Made by a program: the position numbers and the translations under genes
Assembly: GCA_023231475.1 (NCBI GenBank)
Contig: JALJEE010001240.1
Coordinates: 1-58,415 of the forward strand
Direction: 5' to 3'
Length of the DNA stretch: 58,415 nt
Origin: Seison nebaliae
Lineage: Eukaryota
In this document: one piece after another, positions 38,623 to 52,086 of the stretch
Position numbering within the stretch: position 1 is the first letter of the stretch
Layout: each line of letters starts with the position of its first letter
Notes under the pieces: model-generated
What the model saw: only the letters and a program-made list of their open reading frames with translations
Told to the model about the DNA's origin: nothing
Database searches by the model: none

Positions 38623-40804
38623 TCAGTAAATGAGAGGGAATATACGATATCTCACCCGATTTGCATAACATTTCCAATAACATCCATATTTCTCCTCACA
38701 TATCTTTCCGTCGCGATAATCACGATTGATTAGCATCGAGGTATAATAAAAGACGTAAAACCATGGAAGTGCATATTTAACTCCTGGAAAAAAAGTTTTT
38801 TAATTTAAATTTTTTTCAAATTAAATTTTTTTGAAATCCTGCAAAAAAAGTCCAACCACAAGGGATGCTCCACGAGAGAGCCATAAGTATGTCACCCAAA
38901 TAATTGGGATGACGACAAATTCCCCACCATCCGGAAACCAACAATTTTTTATTCCATTTAGTTTCAATCGTTTCTAGATCTTGAAAAAAATCATATTATG
39001 AATTTCTTCTATTTTAAATTTTTAAAGAAAGAATTAACTGCAAAATTGAGGAGCATTTGGATTCTTTCGGAATTGATTTTTTTGATTGTTCGAGCCTCGA
39101 TATATTAGATATCCTACAACCATTAAAACGATGGCTAAGGAGAATAAGATTCGTTTTGGTGCCGGATGAACGCGGAACATAAATTGAGTTTGGAGTGAAT
39201 AAACGAAGGGAATCCAGACAAAATCTCCGAAAGCCAACATGAAACCGAAACCTTCAGCTAAGATGTCCATTGTATTCAAAACGGCTTCCTAATATTAATT
39301 ATATGATTGATAATAGAAATTTGATTTTAGAAATATATTTGAAAATACTAAACTTCATACCATAAAGTATCAAGAACGTATAAGTTCTGAAAGACGCCAA
39401 CGATGACTAGACAAGGATTGAGTTTCCCTTGATTTTGCCAATCACATACAATAAAAGCAATATTGAGAACAGCCTAATGAAATTGATGTAGAGAAAAAAG
39501 GATATAATTCTTGTTTAACCCATCCGATTAAACCAGGGCGTAATTCAGCAAAAAATTTCAAATCTAAAATTCTTGATCCGAGTCGAATTCGTGGATTCAA
39601 TTCTCGACCCATGAAAAAGTCATAAACACAATGGCCCGATTGTCCGCACGGTGATAATTCCCATGGTTGACATTGTTTCCCTCTCAAATATAGAGCGAGC
39701 GATAACAAGAAAGTGAGAAATATAGCAGAAGATATGATTCCAATGTAGTGGGCGACAATCAATTGGGAGAGATTTATCTTGAAACTGATTAGATAATATA
39801 CAAGCAGAGTAACAAAATACGCATGAATGCCGTTACAATTGTATATTAATCGTTGACGATTTCTTAACGGTTGACCTTCGATGACTCGTCCAAAGGGTAG
39901 AATGTACAGGATGACTTGGAAGAGCACCCAAAGCACAACCAAGCCCAATCCAACTTTATCTAAGAGTATTTTCCATGAAGGCAAATAATGAATTTTCGAC
40001 CATAAACTAATTTTCTATGAAAATTTATTATTTATGGAATTTTTCAATAATTAAATGGTTAACTGGATAACAACATATATTTAAGTATAACACTAATGCT
40101 GGTAAGAATATGATAAGAATAATGACACCGAACGGACCACCAAACTCCCATTGTCGTTCGTTACATAACGGCATTTCCTGTTCTAAAATTTTCCTTAATG
40201 GAATCGCATCTTTATTCATCCTTTTCGGCATATCCTTCACAGAAACTTCCTATAAGACAGTCGTCGTTAACTCAGCCTCAGATATGTGGACTATTAATTT
40301 AAACTTGTAAATTTTTCATGTTCACCGGAATTCCTCCTTTTGGGGTATTCACTACCAGAGTTTCGGATTCTGATGGTTTAGAGAGCTCTGCAACGCAATC
40401 TCTTGGAATGGGACACGGATCTGGACAACATTTGGGTTTTGAACACTTATCTGGTGGACAACTTCCGGCATTGTTATTTATTTGACCATCTGGTTTCCCG
40501 TCCTTATCATCTATCACGTTTTGACGATGATCGTAAAAGAAATTAAAAGAATTTAAACCTAATTGAATAAAATTTTTCGGAGACTGAAAAGCATAGATGA
40601 ATTATTTGATGGAGATTGAACATTGAAGAAAAATGTAACATCAACGAATTTCGGAGCGACAGCAACAATAACTCCGTTTTGGAACTGACACAAATAGGAA
40701 CCGTCATTAGCAAGAATTTTGGCTTTGTAGTACAAATCGCTACCCGGCCACTTAGCCATAACCATTTGACCAACGTCAATTTTCTTATCCATCACTTCTA
40801 CCAT
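38623..40804 (-). CDS. LBR: Lamin B receptor / delta(14)-sterol reductase with N-terminal Tudor domain, 9 exons
   Basis: Tudor motif [15 protein letters not shown]4/ERG24 motifs [58 protein letters not shown] and YRIFPLIY. Confidence 0.95.
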
Positions 40805-41675
40805 TGGCTGTATAGGCGAAAGGAAAGTAGTTAGAAATGATGAAACAAAAATGAAAACTGGAAAACCTTTGAAATTTAATTTTTCGATTTATATTCCTAA
40901 ATGGAAAAAGCAAGTTTCTTTTCTCTTGAAATTAAACGAATAAAACAAAAATTAATTTGATTATAACAAATATTCTCGTTACATTGTTTATTTTATATTT
41001 TCGATTTACTTCCAATTTAACTGCCATCCATTTATTATAATACTCACCGATTTGAGAGGCTGGAGCAATTATTCTAAATTTCTTCCATTCTCCTTTCCAC
41101 TATCTGATATCCATTTTTTTCCGTATATGATAATTTATCAATGAAAATTGATAATTTTATACATCAATTTTCCCTCCAAATCTCCCAAGAAAATGGCTTT
41201 AGGATTTTTTGCTTGTAAGTGTATATGGTTAGATTTTTTTAGTTAAAACTGAATTGTCTAACTAAATCCAAATGAAGGAACCATAATATGGTCCCTACAA
41301 CTAGGCAACATGTAGGGAATTATTTTTCCATTTCCAACATTATGAAAATTGTAAAATTGACCAAATAATTAATAATAAAAAACATGAGAAACAAAATTGT
41401 ATTTCTTTTACTAAACTTACTTAATAGTACAAATTTGATGATAAATTTTACTGTAATTAATAATTTGCATTTTCTACAATTTACAATATAAACTACAAAA
41501 CATTTAAGAAATGAATCGTTTTTTTAGTGGATGAACTCTCACCAGGAACTCATGAATTTGTAAACCGTAAACAATAAATCTGATGAATTTATTTTGTATA
41601 TTTCTCTAATTCTTTTTTATTTAGAATTTTTTAACTTTAGAAATTATAGTTTGTAAAGTGAGAGACATAATTATA

Positions 41676-44630
41676 TTAATCATTCCTATTCCGTTTTTTT
41701 GAAGATTGTTCGGGAGATCTTGATTCTCCCTTCGTCTGCTGATTAGTTTTACGTTGCCTAATGTTCAAATAATTTAAGAGGGGTAAACTACGAGGTCCTG
41801 GAGGTGATCGGTTCATAGGAGGTTTCCATGTACTATTTGTTACATTTGGTGATTGTTGTCGCATTGTTGGGACATCTTGTGGGGACGGCAAATTTTTTAA
41901 ATTCTCTCCAACGTTGAACTAAAATTATTCTATATTAAAGAACAAACTAATAAAATTGAAAACTGTTTTATTCCTTTGAAAATAATTTCCCCATGAGAAA
42001 AGATTCACCGGCGTTGATGAAACGTTTTGATTAGGTAATGAACTGGTTTTCTCTATAAAGGAACTTAAACAAGATATTGTTCTTTAAATAATAACTTATA
42101 CTCGTTTTACTTATTTTTTGATCGAATGATAAAACTGAAGTTTTCGACTCGGGTGTTTCTCTTGTGGTATAATAAGTATTTGGCGTTTTAACTGAGCCCA
42201 TCCGCTCAGATTTTGCATCATCATCAATCGAATAATTATGAGTTAGAATTGGACTAAATGAGACAGTTCGTTTATTAATAATTTCAGATTTGCCTTCATT
42301 GAGACTCTTCTCTTTTGATAGAATTGATTTTATGGAATCCGATCCTTCATAATATGAGGAGGGAGTTAAATAAGAACCGAAAAGTCTCTTCGATTTTTCT
42401 GTAGAATTCGATTCTCGAGGTATCTCTTCTGTACTTAATTTCTTTTCATTTACATCCTCTTTCTTACTATCATCATCTTTCTTTTTTATCATCGACGATT
42501 TCGGTTGGAGATATTGTTGTGATTTCGATTCCAGTTCAATTCCGTTACTTAATTCAACAAACCTTTCATAACTGACATCACCCAAAAATTCTTCATTAAT
42601 CATTGCTCCACTTTCTACATTTTGTGATCTCCTACGATATATTTCCATTGAAATTGGATCATTTACATTCAATTGTCCTTGTCCATAAGTATTCAATTTA
42701 TTTCTAGAAATATCTTCATCTTCGAAGGTAAATTCTCTAATGGCTTTCTTCTCAGCTTCTATGACTCGTTTGAATTCTTGAGATTTACTTTTACTTAAAT
42801 CATTTGCCAACATTTTATCATAAATATTCGAATCCGATTCGTGTACAATTAATGTCAACCGTTTATTGGAGTATCTCGTATTGAATAATTCTTCAACTGC
42901 TTCTTTTGAAATCTCATTTAAATTTTCATTTTTTACACTTAAATTCGCACTCGATTTCAACTGAGAATGTCTATAAGAATCATATTTTCATTACAAGAAA
43001 AATAGCATAAAAAATTATTCGTGGACTTAAAAGAATAAGAACTAACATTGAATATGAAAATTGAGTATTAACAGAAGAATCAACATGACTTGATGATGAA
43101 TTCATTTTAAGGGAAATCTTTATCGGCGAATCCGGCATCAAATGATTGTGTAGTGAGGAATTCTTCGAAACTTTCAACGGAGAATCTTTTGTCACTGAAT
43201 TTTTACTCCGAGAATTTTTCGGAGATAAATTATTTGTGGGAGAATCTACTGTCAGATATTCGCTTGTCTGAAAATATTTCGTCGAAGTAGTTTTTGGTGG
43301 GGGGTCGTTTTTCGAACTATCTCTCTCTGGGAACGATTTAGTGGAAAAAAAGTTTAATGGGAAAATTTTTTGTATGGAATCCCTCATTGGAGTACTTGGA
43401 TTATTTACAAACGAATCGGCCTCAATTTGTTGTTTTTTAAGTTTGTCATCATCTTCTCCTTCCCCAAAAGTTACATCACTCACAGTGATGTTGGTTGAAC
43501 GCCATTCGTTCTCTTTGCGATAATACATCTTTCCATCATAGAAGAGTTTTCGCGAATTTGGTATAGGTGAACTAGTGGAATTAGTTGAGGAATTTGATGA
43601 AGCCAAACGATTTATACTCAAAAAATGACTACTTGATTTATCTGGTTTAATATTTGGAAGATTCTTAATTTCCATTTTAAAGGAGTTATTTGGGATTTCT
43701 TCTATCAGTTCTTTTTGTGATTTATTTGAAATTTCTTCATGTGATGAATTTGATAATAATATTTTTAATTGGTCACTTACTTGTGTTTTGGTGGAGAAAA
43801 AGGATTGCTCAAATTCTCTTTGAATTATCTCGTTACTTTTCGATTTAATTCTTGGTGAATCTACAACTAATATGTTCGACGGATAAACTTCATTTTTGCT
43901 TTCTTTTTTTGAAAATAAATTATTTTCATTTTCCTTCTTATTTATATCGTGTCCATTTAATTCATCATCTTCTTTATCAGTAACTTTCGGTTTAGACTTA
44001 TCTTCCTGCAATTTTTTCGATGTAGTACCCAAAATAGGAAATAATAATATGATGAATATAAGACCGGAACTGAGATATAAGGTGGATTTGGGGACAAATG
44101 CTATTGCGAAAAGAACCCAAAAGTTAATGTTCAATAACATTCGACCAACGAAACAAAGAATGGTGAATTTAAAGGACATTTGTGAGTCGGGTAACGGAAA
44201 TTTATCTTTCCCAATTGGAATTGGAGTATCTGGAATGTGAAAGACAACTTTTCTATTCCCTAAATTATGTGATTTACGTTCGGAATATTTTCTTTCATTT
44301 TCATCTGTTCGACATTTCCCGATCATTCCCTTACAATTTTTTAATTTCTTTAATAACGGATATAAATTAATCGTTTCTGTATCAGAAAACAACTGAAAGA
44401 AAAATGATGAAAATCGTTAAAACTTTTATTCCAAATCTAACTTTGTTATGAATATTTAGAGGAAACTTCTTCTGAGATCGTTTGGATCGACCACTTAAAT
44501 TCTTCTTGTCACTTATAAGAGATTGTGTATCATACGATTCGGTTATCGTATCTCCATAATAATTAGTAAATTTCGATCTTACCATATCATCCTCATAATT
44601 CCTTCCCAAATTCTTCTTTGTTTTAGTCAT
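41676..44630 (-). CDS. Large low-complexity Ser/Lys/Glu-rich hypothetical protein (several long exons; 5' end uncertain)
   Basis: Four consecutive same-strand ORFs (82, 470, 309 and 71 aa) separated by short intron-like gaps. No family recognised. Confidence 0.6.
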
Positions 44631-45684
44631 TCTTAATATTCGTTATTAGTAAGTAGGATTTCTATTTCTATTATAAACTATGAATTTTATCTCTCTTTCA
44701 CTAGGGCGTCACTGGTATCTATGCGATTTGTCTGAATATTTGATTCAGATGAAAAATAAAGAACATATGACAAAAATTCAAAATAAAACGAAAATTTAAC
44801 GATTAAAAATTTTTAACGTTCAATTTTATATCATACCATTTAACGGTTAACAAATTGATCCTTTGAACAATGTGAAATTAAAAAAATGGAATAACAATCG
44901 AAGATATTTTAATAATTTTTAATAACTTTTCAATTTTTTCCTTCATTATTAGATATATTATATTCCTTTAGTCAATTTACTTCTGAACACTAAAAATTTA
45001 CCAATAAAAATACTTGAAAATAAATTGAACTCTTTTTAACTTAAATCAATTCAGATGAAGAAAAAAAGTTGAAAATTCTAAAATTTATATGAATTATTCA
45101 TTTATATTATACATTAAATTTTGAAATATTATACTGCTAAATAGAAATGTGATGTAATAAGAAGGAAATTCAATTAAAAATTAAAAAAAAATTAAAAAAT
45201 TTTTAAAAATTTTAACATTTCTTTTCCTTTTAATCAATCGAATCTACCACGACAAATTCTCTACATATTCCACTTTCTATTAATTCTTTTTTGAATCAGC
45301 ATTATTTAAGTTACAGAAAATATAATTAGAGTGAAATTAGAAAATTTCTCACACTTCAAATTTCCTTCCAAATAATAGATCAATCTATAAACTTCAAATG
45401 TTTTTCTTGTGTTTAAGTTGTCCATAAATGTACCTACGAATGAACTGGTTGAAATTCGTTGACATAAGAAATGATAGAACTGTATTATAAACAAATGCAG
45501 TTGTTAGATATTGTCATGCAATTTGTAAACGGACAAAAATAAAATGTACCGACTTATTTGCCCTTTCTAATTACGTAATTATAACACATTTCTCTAATTA
45601 AACAACAATGCCAAAGTCACAATACGATTCACAATGATTATTTAAACAGTCGAAGATTGTCTATTTTTTCTCTTAGAGTTCTTT

Positions 45685-46604
45685 ATGAATTTTACTTCCC
45701 ATTGGTCTGACTTTTACGTAAAAATGAAAAGGAAATTTTCATCACAACCAAAAGAACCGAAAGAACCGAAAATGAAAGAGGATAATTCGAAAAATCTTGT
45801 GAAAGAAACGACGAGAGAGAAGGAAGTTGATGAAGAAAGTTCGTCGAAGAAAATGGAAGAAAAGAAGATTAAAAAGATGACGATAGTGAAATATAATATA
45901 GTTGATTTTATTTGTCCGATTTTAGACCATAAAGTGAGGATAGGTCATGGAATAACGATGCCCTGTTGTAATGATAATGTTTGTCGGTTAATCTAAATAA
46001 TTTATTTTCATAACCATTTTTTTTTAGAGCTTGTCTCTACAAATATATGTTGGTAAATATTGAAGGTGTCAGTTTGTTCGAGATGATACCATGTCCATGT
46101 TGTTTGGGTGTCATGGATTTCGAAGTGGCTCGATTATTGTTGAAAAAAAGAGACATGGAAAAACTTTTATTGAAATTATTGAAGTATTGGCAAGCAAACA
46201 ATAAAACGTTCCATTGTACTAATGCGAATTGTTCGAACTTTATTGAACTTCCTGAGACGTTAAAAGATCCAATTTATAAATGTACTCACTGTGGAATGGA
46301 GGGTTGTGTCGTTTGCGGCGTTTCGCATAACAATGAAATAACATGTGCAGAAGCAGCAGACAAAACAATACTGGCCACTCATGAATATTTTGTTCGAGAA
46401 AACTTTGATGGTAAAATTATGAAATGTCCTAAATGTAAGATTTACATAAGTAAGTTGGCTGGATGCGATTATATTCATTGTCGTTGTCAAACTGAACTTT
46501 GCTACGCCACTAAAGGATTACGAAGGGGACCAGATGGTTGTCATTGTAAATCACCATCACGCGGTTATCAAGCATGTGCTCCCGATTGCAAAGGTTGTCA
46601 TTAG
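45685..46604 (+). CDS. RBR E3 ubiquitin ligase, HOIL-1/RBCK1-like, without UBL/NZF; 2 exons
   Basis: RING1 (CPIL..CC..VCR|AC..CPCC), IBR (CTNANC..CTHC..CVVC..H..C) and RING2 (CPKC..GCDYIHC..C..C) are present, followed by the HOIL-1-type tail TKGLR..GCHC..CAPDCKGCH. Confidence 0.85.
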
Positions 46605-47867
46605 GTATCTTTTATTATTCCTAATGTCCATCTAAATGATTCATGTAAATATATCGTCTTCTATCGGTCATAAAATTGACATTTAAATTATTCAATCCAC
46701 TTCAAATCTTCCTCAAAAGTTGAAAGAATCATTCGTGTCGAAAAAATAATATTTTACTCAAAATTTAATTTGTTATTATTATAATTGGTTTTTTAAACAT
46801 CGCATTATTCTTATAAACGATCTTTCAATCGGTCATCAATTTAATATCGTTAATAAAAAATTTTTCAATTTTCTTAAGTTTCTGTAAATTAAATAAATTA
46901 ATAAATAATTTAATTATAAAATCAAAATAGAATTTATTGTAAATATTTTTTTAAAGTTTCCTCAAAAATTGATTGAAAATTAAATAAAAATTAGATAAGA
47001 GAACGAATAAAAGAAGGTTAACCGAATAGAACATTTCTAAATAAATTGTTACAATTAATATGGACAGATGGCAACATTATGTAAATAGGATAGCATCTTC
47101 TTTTATCTTTCAGATAATTTCCACTTTTAATATTGGTCATTTTTATCTTAAAAATTAAATGTTTAATATATTTTAATGAAAATTTTATTATGATATGGGA
47201 AATGATATGACATAGCATATTTTCCCACGTAAGTGAGAGAGAAGAGGAGGAAGAATGAAGCTCAAAATTGATAAGTTCTATTCACATTCAGTTTATTTAG
47301 TTTTCAATTTCCTTAATATAAATATTATGTGGAAATACTAACGAATATTCACCGACTTCATCAATCAATACCAATTTATTATAAATTACCTTATTAAAAA
47401 TAATTAATTATCTTTTCAATAATTATATCTATTGATGACAATTGTAAAGATATTTCATCCACACTTCAAACGATTGATGTCACATATTGTCACAAATTAT
47501 TATATACAGTTTATTATATCATTAATTATACACTTTTTATAAAGAAAGAGAATTTTCTTCTCTATTCGATTCTATTCGAATGAAGTCGGAAGAATCTTAT
47601 TTCTGTGATTCCTATTGTTCCCTCTTTTTCGCATAAATTTCCTTTTCTTTCAATGGTCTATTTTAATTTTTACAAATCATAAAGTTTTCTACGTAAACTT
47701 ATTCATTTTCTCATGCTTATGTTATCAACAAAAGTGTAAATACTTAAAAAGTTCATTAGGAAAAAGGTTTCAAGTATTCTCTTTCGAAATATTCTCTTTA
47801 GAATTTCAAATTACTTCGCATAATTATCTCCTTCACTATTCGGTTAACGTGAATATGTGGCTTTGAT

Positions 47868-49304
47868 ATGTCGGCGATAGAAAAGACAGATTTATTGCTA
47901 TTTACTCCCGGACCTCTTACTACTTCAAGGAAAGTGAAAGAAGCTTTATTGACCGATAAAGGATCGAGAGATACAGATTTTATTCGCTCTATTTCAAATA
48001 TCCAAAGTAAACTTTTAGATTTATTAGGTTTGTATATCTCTTTTCCAATGTCTTCATTTGAGTTTTATTGAAAAATTGAAATATTGCTTGTATTTTAAAA
48101 ATGCCAATTTTCCCATTTTTCTTATATAAATAATGTGAATATTATTTAGAACTGCCAAATGAGAATGAATATTGTTCGGTTTTATTACAAGGAAGTGGCA
48201 CATTTGGATTGGAGGCTGCATTGAACACTTTCCTCCCAAGGAAATCACCGAACGTTAGTTTAATCCATTTGAGATTACTTCGATTCTTTTTCAGGTGCTA
48301 ATTCTCAGTAACGGACGATATGGGGAGAGAGTGGCTCAAATACTTCGACTAATGTCGATCGATTTTACTCTTTGGGAATTTTCGGAAAAACATTCTATCA
48401 AACTATCGGACGTATTGAGGAATTGTGAGGAAAACGATTTTTTACCTGACACTTACACGAACGTTTGGCTCGTCCATTTAGAGACGACGATCGGAGTCTT
48501 GAATGAAGTGGGTGAGATCGGTCAATGGATTAAGAGAATGATGCCAAGTTTTTTTTTGAATTTGAATTGCTTGTTCATCTTAATTAGATGCAATTTATAT
48601 GATCGATGGAATGTCGTCAATTGGTGCGGTTAATTTGGATGATAATACGAAATCGTCGTTTGATGTATTAATTAGTTCGGCGAATAAATGTATTCAAGGT
48701 GTTCCTGGATTCTCTTTCATTATTACGAAAAAGGATCTCTTATTGAATTGTAAAGGTTTTTTTTTCTTTTTTTTTTTAATTTTAAAATAATTCAATTTTT
48801 TAAAAGGAAACAGTCGGTCGTTATCTTTCGATTTAACTGATCAATATTTGTATATGGAGAAAACGGGATGTTTCCGATTCACTCCACCAGTTCAAGTGAT
48901 AATGGCATTCGAATGTGCATTGAATGAATTGTTTGATGAAGGCGGATGTGTGGGTCGAATGAAACGTTATAAGAATAACAATAATCTTTTGCGAACTGGA
49001 ATGAAGTCTCTCGGTTTCACAGAAATAGCTCCATCAAATGAACAAGGCTGGGTTATTACAACATTCCATTACCCGAATAATAATTTCGATTTTCAATCGT
49101 TCTATGAACGTTTGAAAGAACGGAGTTAGTTCCTTCCACAAATTAATTTAAAATTATTTGAAATTATTTTTTTTAGAAATTGTAATTTATCCCGGAAAAT
49201 TGACTAGTGTCAATTCTTTCCGACTTGGCAACATTGGGGATTTACATGAAGATGATATTGAATATCTAGTGCGTTCGATAAAGGAAGTTATGGAGGATAT
49301 GTGA
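47868..49304 (+). CDS. phnW: 2-aminoethylphosphonate-pyruvate transaminase (class V PLP aminotransferase), 6 exons
   Basis: Motifs [64 protein letters not shown] (PLP Lys), FRFTPP and IYPGKL..FRLGNIG. Confidence 0.9.
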
Positions 49305-49920
49305 CAACATTTCACTCAATTATTTGTTTTTCCAATTCATTAATCCATCGAGGATGTTCCTATCGATGATAAATTGTTTCAATATGAATATTCATAGAAA
49401 TTTTTTAAAATAAATTAATTGATTTGTGATTGAAACTCTAATTGATTTCCAATTGACATACTAATGAGTGAGATGACTCTTGTACCATCTGATTAATTTT
49501 AATTTTATTTCTGATTAATTGGACGATCGATTAATGAGATCAACTGACGACTAACTTTACTTTCGTCACTATATAAACTGAGCAGATTAGTCAAAAGGAA
49601 TATCATTCACTTTCTTACTATCATCATCAATAATAGATCGCATTGAATAAACGACATCGTCATCATAAAAAAGAAATATTTTCTTTCATTCTTATCCGAT
49701 TTCTTTTAGTGTCATTACTTTAAAAGAAATTTTATCCGAATAATCAAAATCGTCCGATTTTCTTTGATTTTCAGTCGTCGGAAATTTCAAATAATTCTTC
49801 ATTATTCGAAGTTTAATCAAATTATCGAACGAATATAAATATCTCTCCTTTCCATAAGTGAATATTACATTCGACTAATAATTATTCAATTCCTTCATCT
49901 CCAAAATTCAAATTATCAAT

Positions 49921-50547
49921 ATGCAATCTTATTATCAATCCTCATCCACTTCGAACGCCGCCCAAGGTAGTCGTTTGAGTAAATGGTTAGGAAAAGAAAT
50001 CGAAGAGAAAGAAGATAAAGAAAATATTCCACAAGTGATTCCTTCAACTCATTATCATTTCCAACAACCACAACAAATCGATTGTTTCTCTTTTCCATCG
50101 CAATATCAAAATAATTTTTATCCCAATCAATTCTTTTACGAACAACAACAACAACAAGAACAACAACAAATGAATAATTTCTATTATCAAAATGAAATGA
50201 AATTTTATCAACCAATTCCTCCACCAATTCCTTCTACTGGTCCAATGATGATGAATAATAATTATGTGAACAGTAGCGCCAAACAATCATCAACAATTCC
50301 TCAACGTACTTCATATGCAACTATCTTACCAACACCCGATTGGAACGATGATCAATTAGCCAAATTAGAACAGCAATTTCAAACTTTCATGAAACGACCA
50401 AATGAACGTCAAATGCAACAGATGGCTGATTCAGTTGATGCTCTTTACGCCGATATCGAATCTTGGGTACGAAAACGACGAATGCTTATCCGCAAACAAA
50501 AACAACGAAACCAACGAATTCGGGAACATTTGGAAATGTATCAATAA
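49921..50547 (+). CDS. Intronless Q/N-rich protein with a divergent C-terminal homeodomain
   Basis: WNDDQLAKLEQQF..P..MA..IESWVRKRRMLIRK follows homeodomain helix 1 and helix 3 spacing. Confidence 0.7.
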   Translation: MQSYYQSSSTSNAAQGSRLSKWLGKEIEEKEDKENIPQVIPSTHYHFQQPQQIDCFSFPSQYQNNFYPNQFFYEQQQQQEQQQMNNFYYQNEMKFYQPIPPPIPSTGPMMMNNNYVNSSAKQSSTIPQRTSYATILPTPDWNDDQLAKLEQQFQTFMKRPNERQMQQMADSVDALYADIESWVRKRRMLIRKQKQRNQRIREHLEMYQ

Positions 50548-51480
50548 TTTCAATGAATGACAAGAATCATTATCATCATTTAATTCTAACATTTCTTTGA
50601 ACAATTATCATTGTTCTTTTTTCCATTCCACAGTTTTCTATCTACTCTCTCCATATTGAATAGAAGATAAGTAATTCATCTTCACAGAATTTCATTCTCA
50701 GCTCATTTTCCCATTCGAGAGTTCGCTTCAAAATTATTTTCATTTCATATTTTCTTCGTTTTTCCTATTTTGTCATTTAACATTTCTTCATTTAATTCAC
50801 TTCTCATCAAATGAAATTTTAATTCTTTCACTTCTTCTCTTTGGGATTTTTGGGAAGAAATTTCCAAATTTTATATTAAAATCGAATTTCATATAATTCT
50901 TTAGTAATGAATATGGATTTAGTGAATCTATTTCATTATAGTGGGGGTACAATATCAGATTTTAATAAAAAAAACAATCAATATATTCATATTCATCAAG
51001 TCTTCATTTTAATATGGTTAATGAGCTAATAAAAATATGGTTGAATGAAAAATTATTTAGCTCAATGTAAGAAGGTAAATTGAACTCATGATGTTAAAGT
51101 CGTGTTGTATTTTAGTTTATCCAAATGCAACAATGAATATCCAATGAATATATTCAACATAATTTATTAAAAAGTTGTAAATGACACTTATTATTTAAGT
51201 GTAATCAATATCCATTCAATATGTAGAATAACAAGTGTTATTCACTTATTCATTGTTTATCTCCAATTGCTTCTACATTACATATTATAAGTTCTAACGA
51301 CATGTTGCAAACTCCTAAGTATAATCAACAAAATTACTGTAATTACATAATTCTTATTAGAGTTTTTAAGTAAAAACAATTTTCTTCGTTCTTACTTGAA
51401 GTTCTCCCACAAGGAAAACGAACAACTTTATAACATATTTTACCTTTTTCCCACAATTTACCATAGATCAATTTACAAAA

Positions 51481-52086
51481 ATGAAAATTTTCATATTTAT
51501 TTTCATGATCAATTTCATCTTTTCATTCGAATTAAATAATGAAGATTATTATATCCAAGTAATAACACTAACGAGTAATGAAATTATTAGGTTCGACGAT
51601 CAAGCTAAACAATGTGCTCAAAATGATTGGGTCCAAATGATATATTTAGATGAAGAACTTTATAGCAAGTTTTCTTCACAGCTCTCGGATCAAAGAATAA
51701 TGGGAATCATGTTAGAGAATAATAGGATTCGTTGGTTGAATAGGTTTGGTACACAATTTTTAGATTCATGTCGTTTTTGGGCAACGGGTGAACCTAGAGA
51801 AAACAGACGTTGGAGAGTGTCTATTAGTTCAACTGGTTTCAGACGTGTACGTAATACAAAGAAATATCTTTGTATGGAAATGAAAAGAAGAAATTTATCA
51901 TTTAAATTGATTTCTCCCACCAATGTCAAAAGGAATAATTACGAAATCAAAAAACTAATTGAAGGTGTACCTAATATTGATCCGAATGTATTGGTTGATA
52001 AATCGGATTGTCATAAAAAAGAAATCAGCTTGAATGGCATCATATATCAAGTACAAAATGATGGTACCATAGGTTTCACAGTTTGA
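51481..52086 (+). CDS. Secreted intronless protein with a degenerate C-type-lectin-like region
   Basis: Signal peptide MKIFIFIFMINFIFS; FDDQAKQC, FWATGEP and KYLCM resemble CTLD landmarks. Confidence 0.5.
   Translation: MKIFIFIFMINFIFSFELNNEDYYIQVITLTSNEIIRFDDQAKQCAQNDWVQMIYLDEELYSKFSSQLSDQRIMGIMLENNRIRWLNRFGTQFLDSCRFWATGEPRENRRWRVSISSTGFRRVRNTKKYLCMEMKRRNLSFKLISPTNVKRNNYEIKKLIEGVPNIDPNVLVDKSDCHKKEISLNGIIYQVQNDGTIGFTV

Noticed and set aside
44030..44180. Two transmembrane helices in ORF 42980-44392
   Set aside because: The hydrophobic stretch is T-rich and contains GTT...TAG, so it may be read-through intron sequence; unresolved without cDNA.
47868..49304. Bacterial contamination
   Set aside because: The gene has five introns of the same style as neighbouring animal genes.
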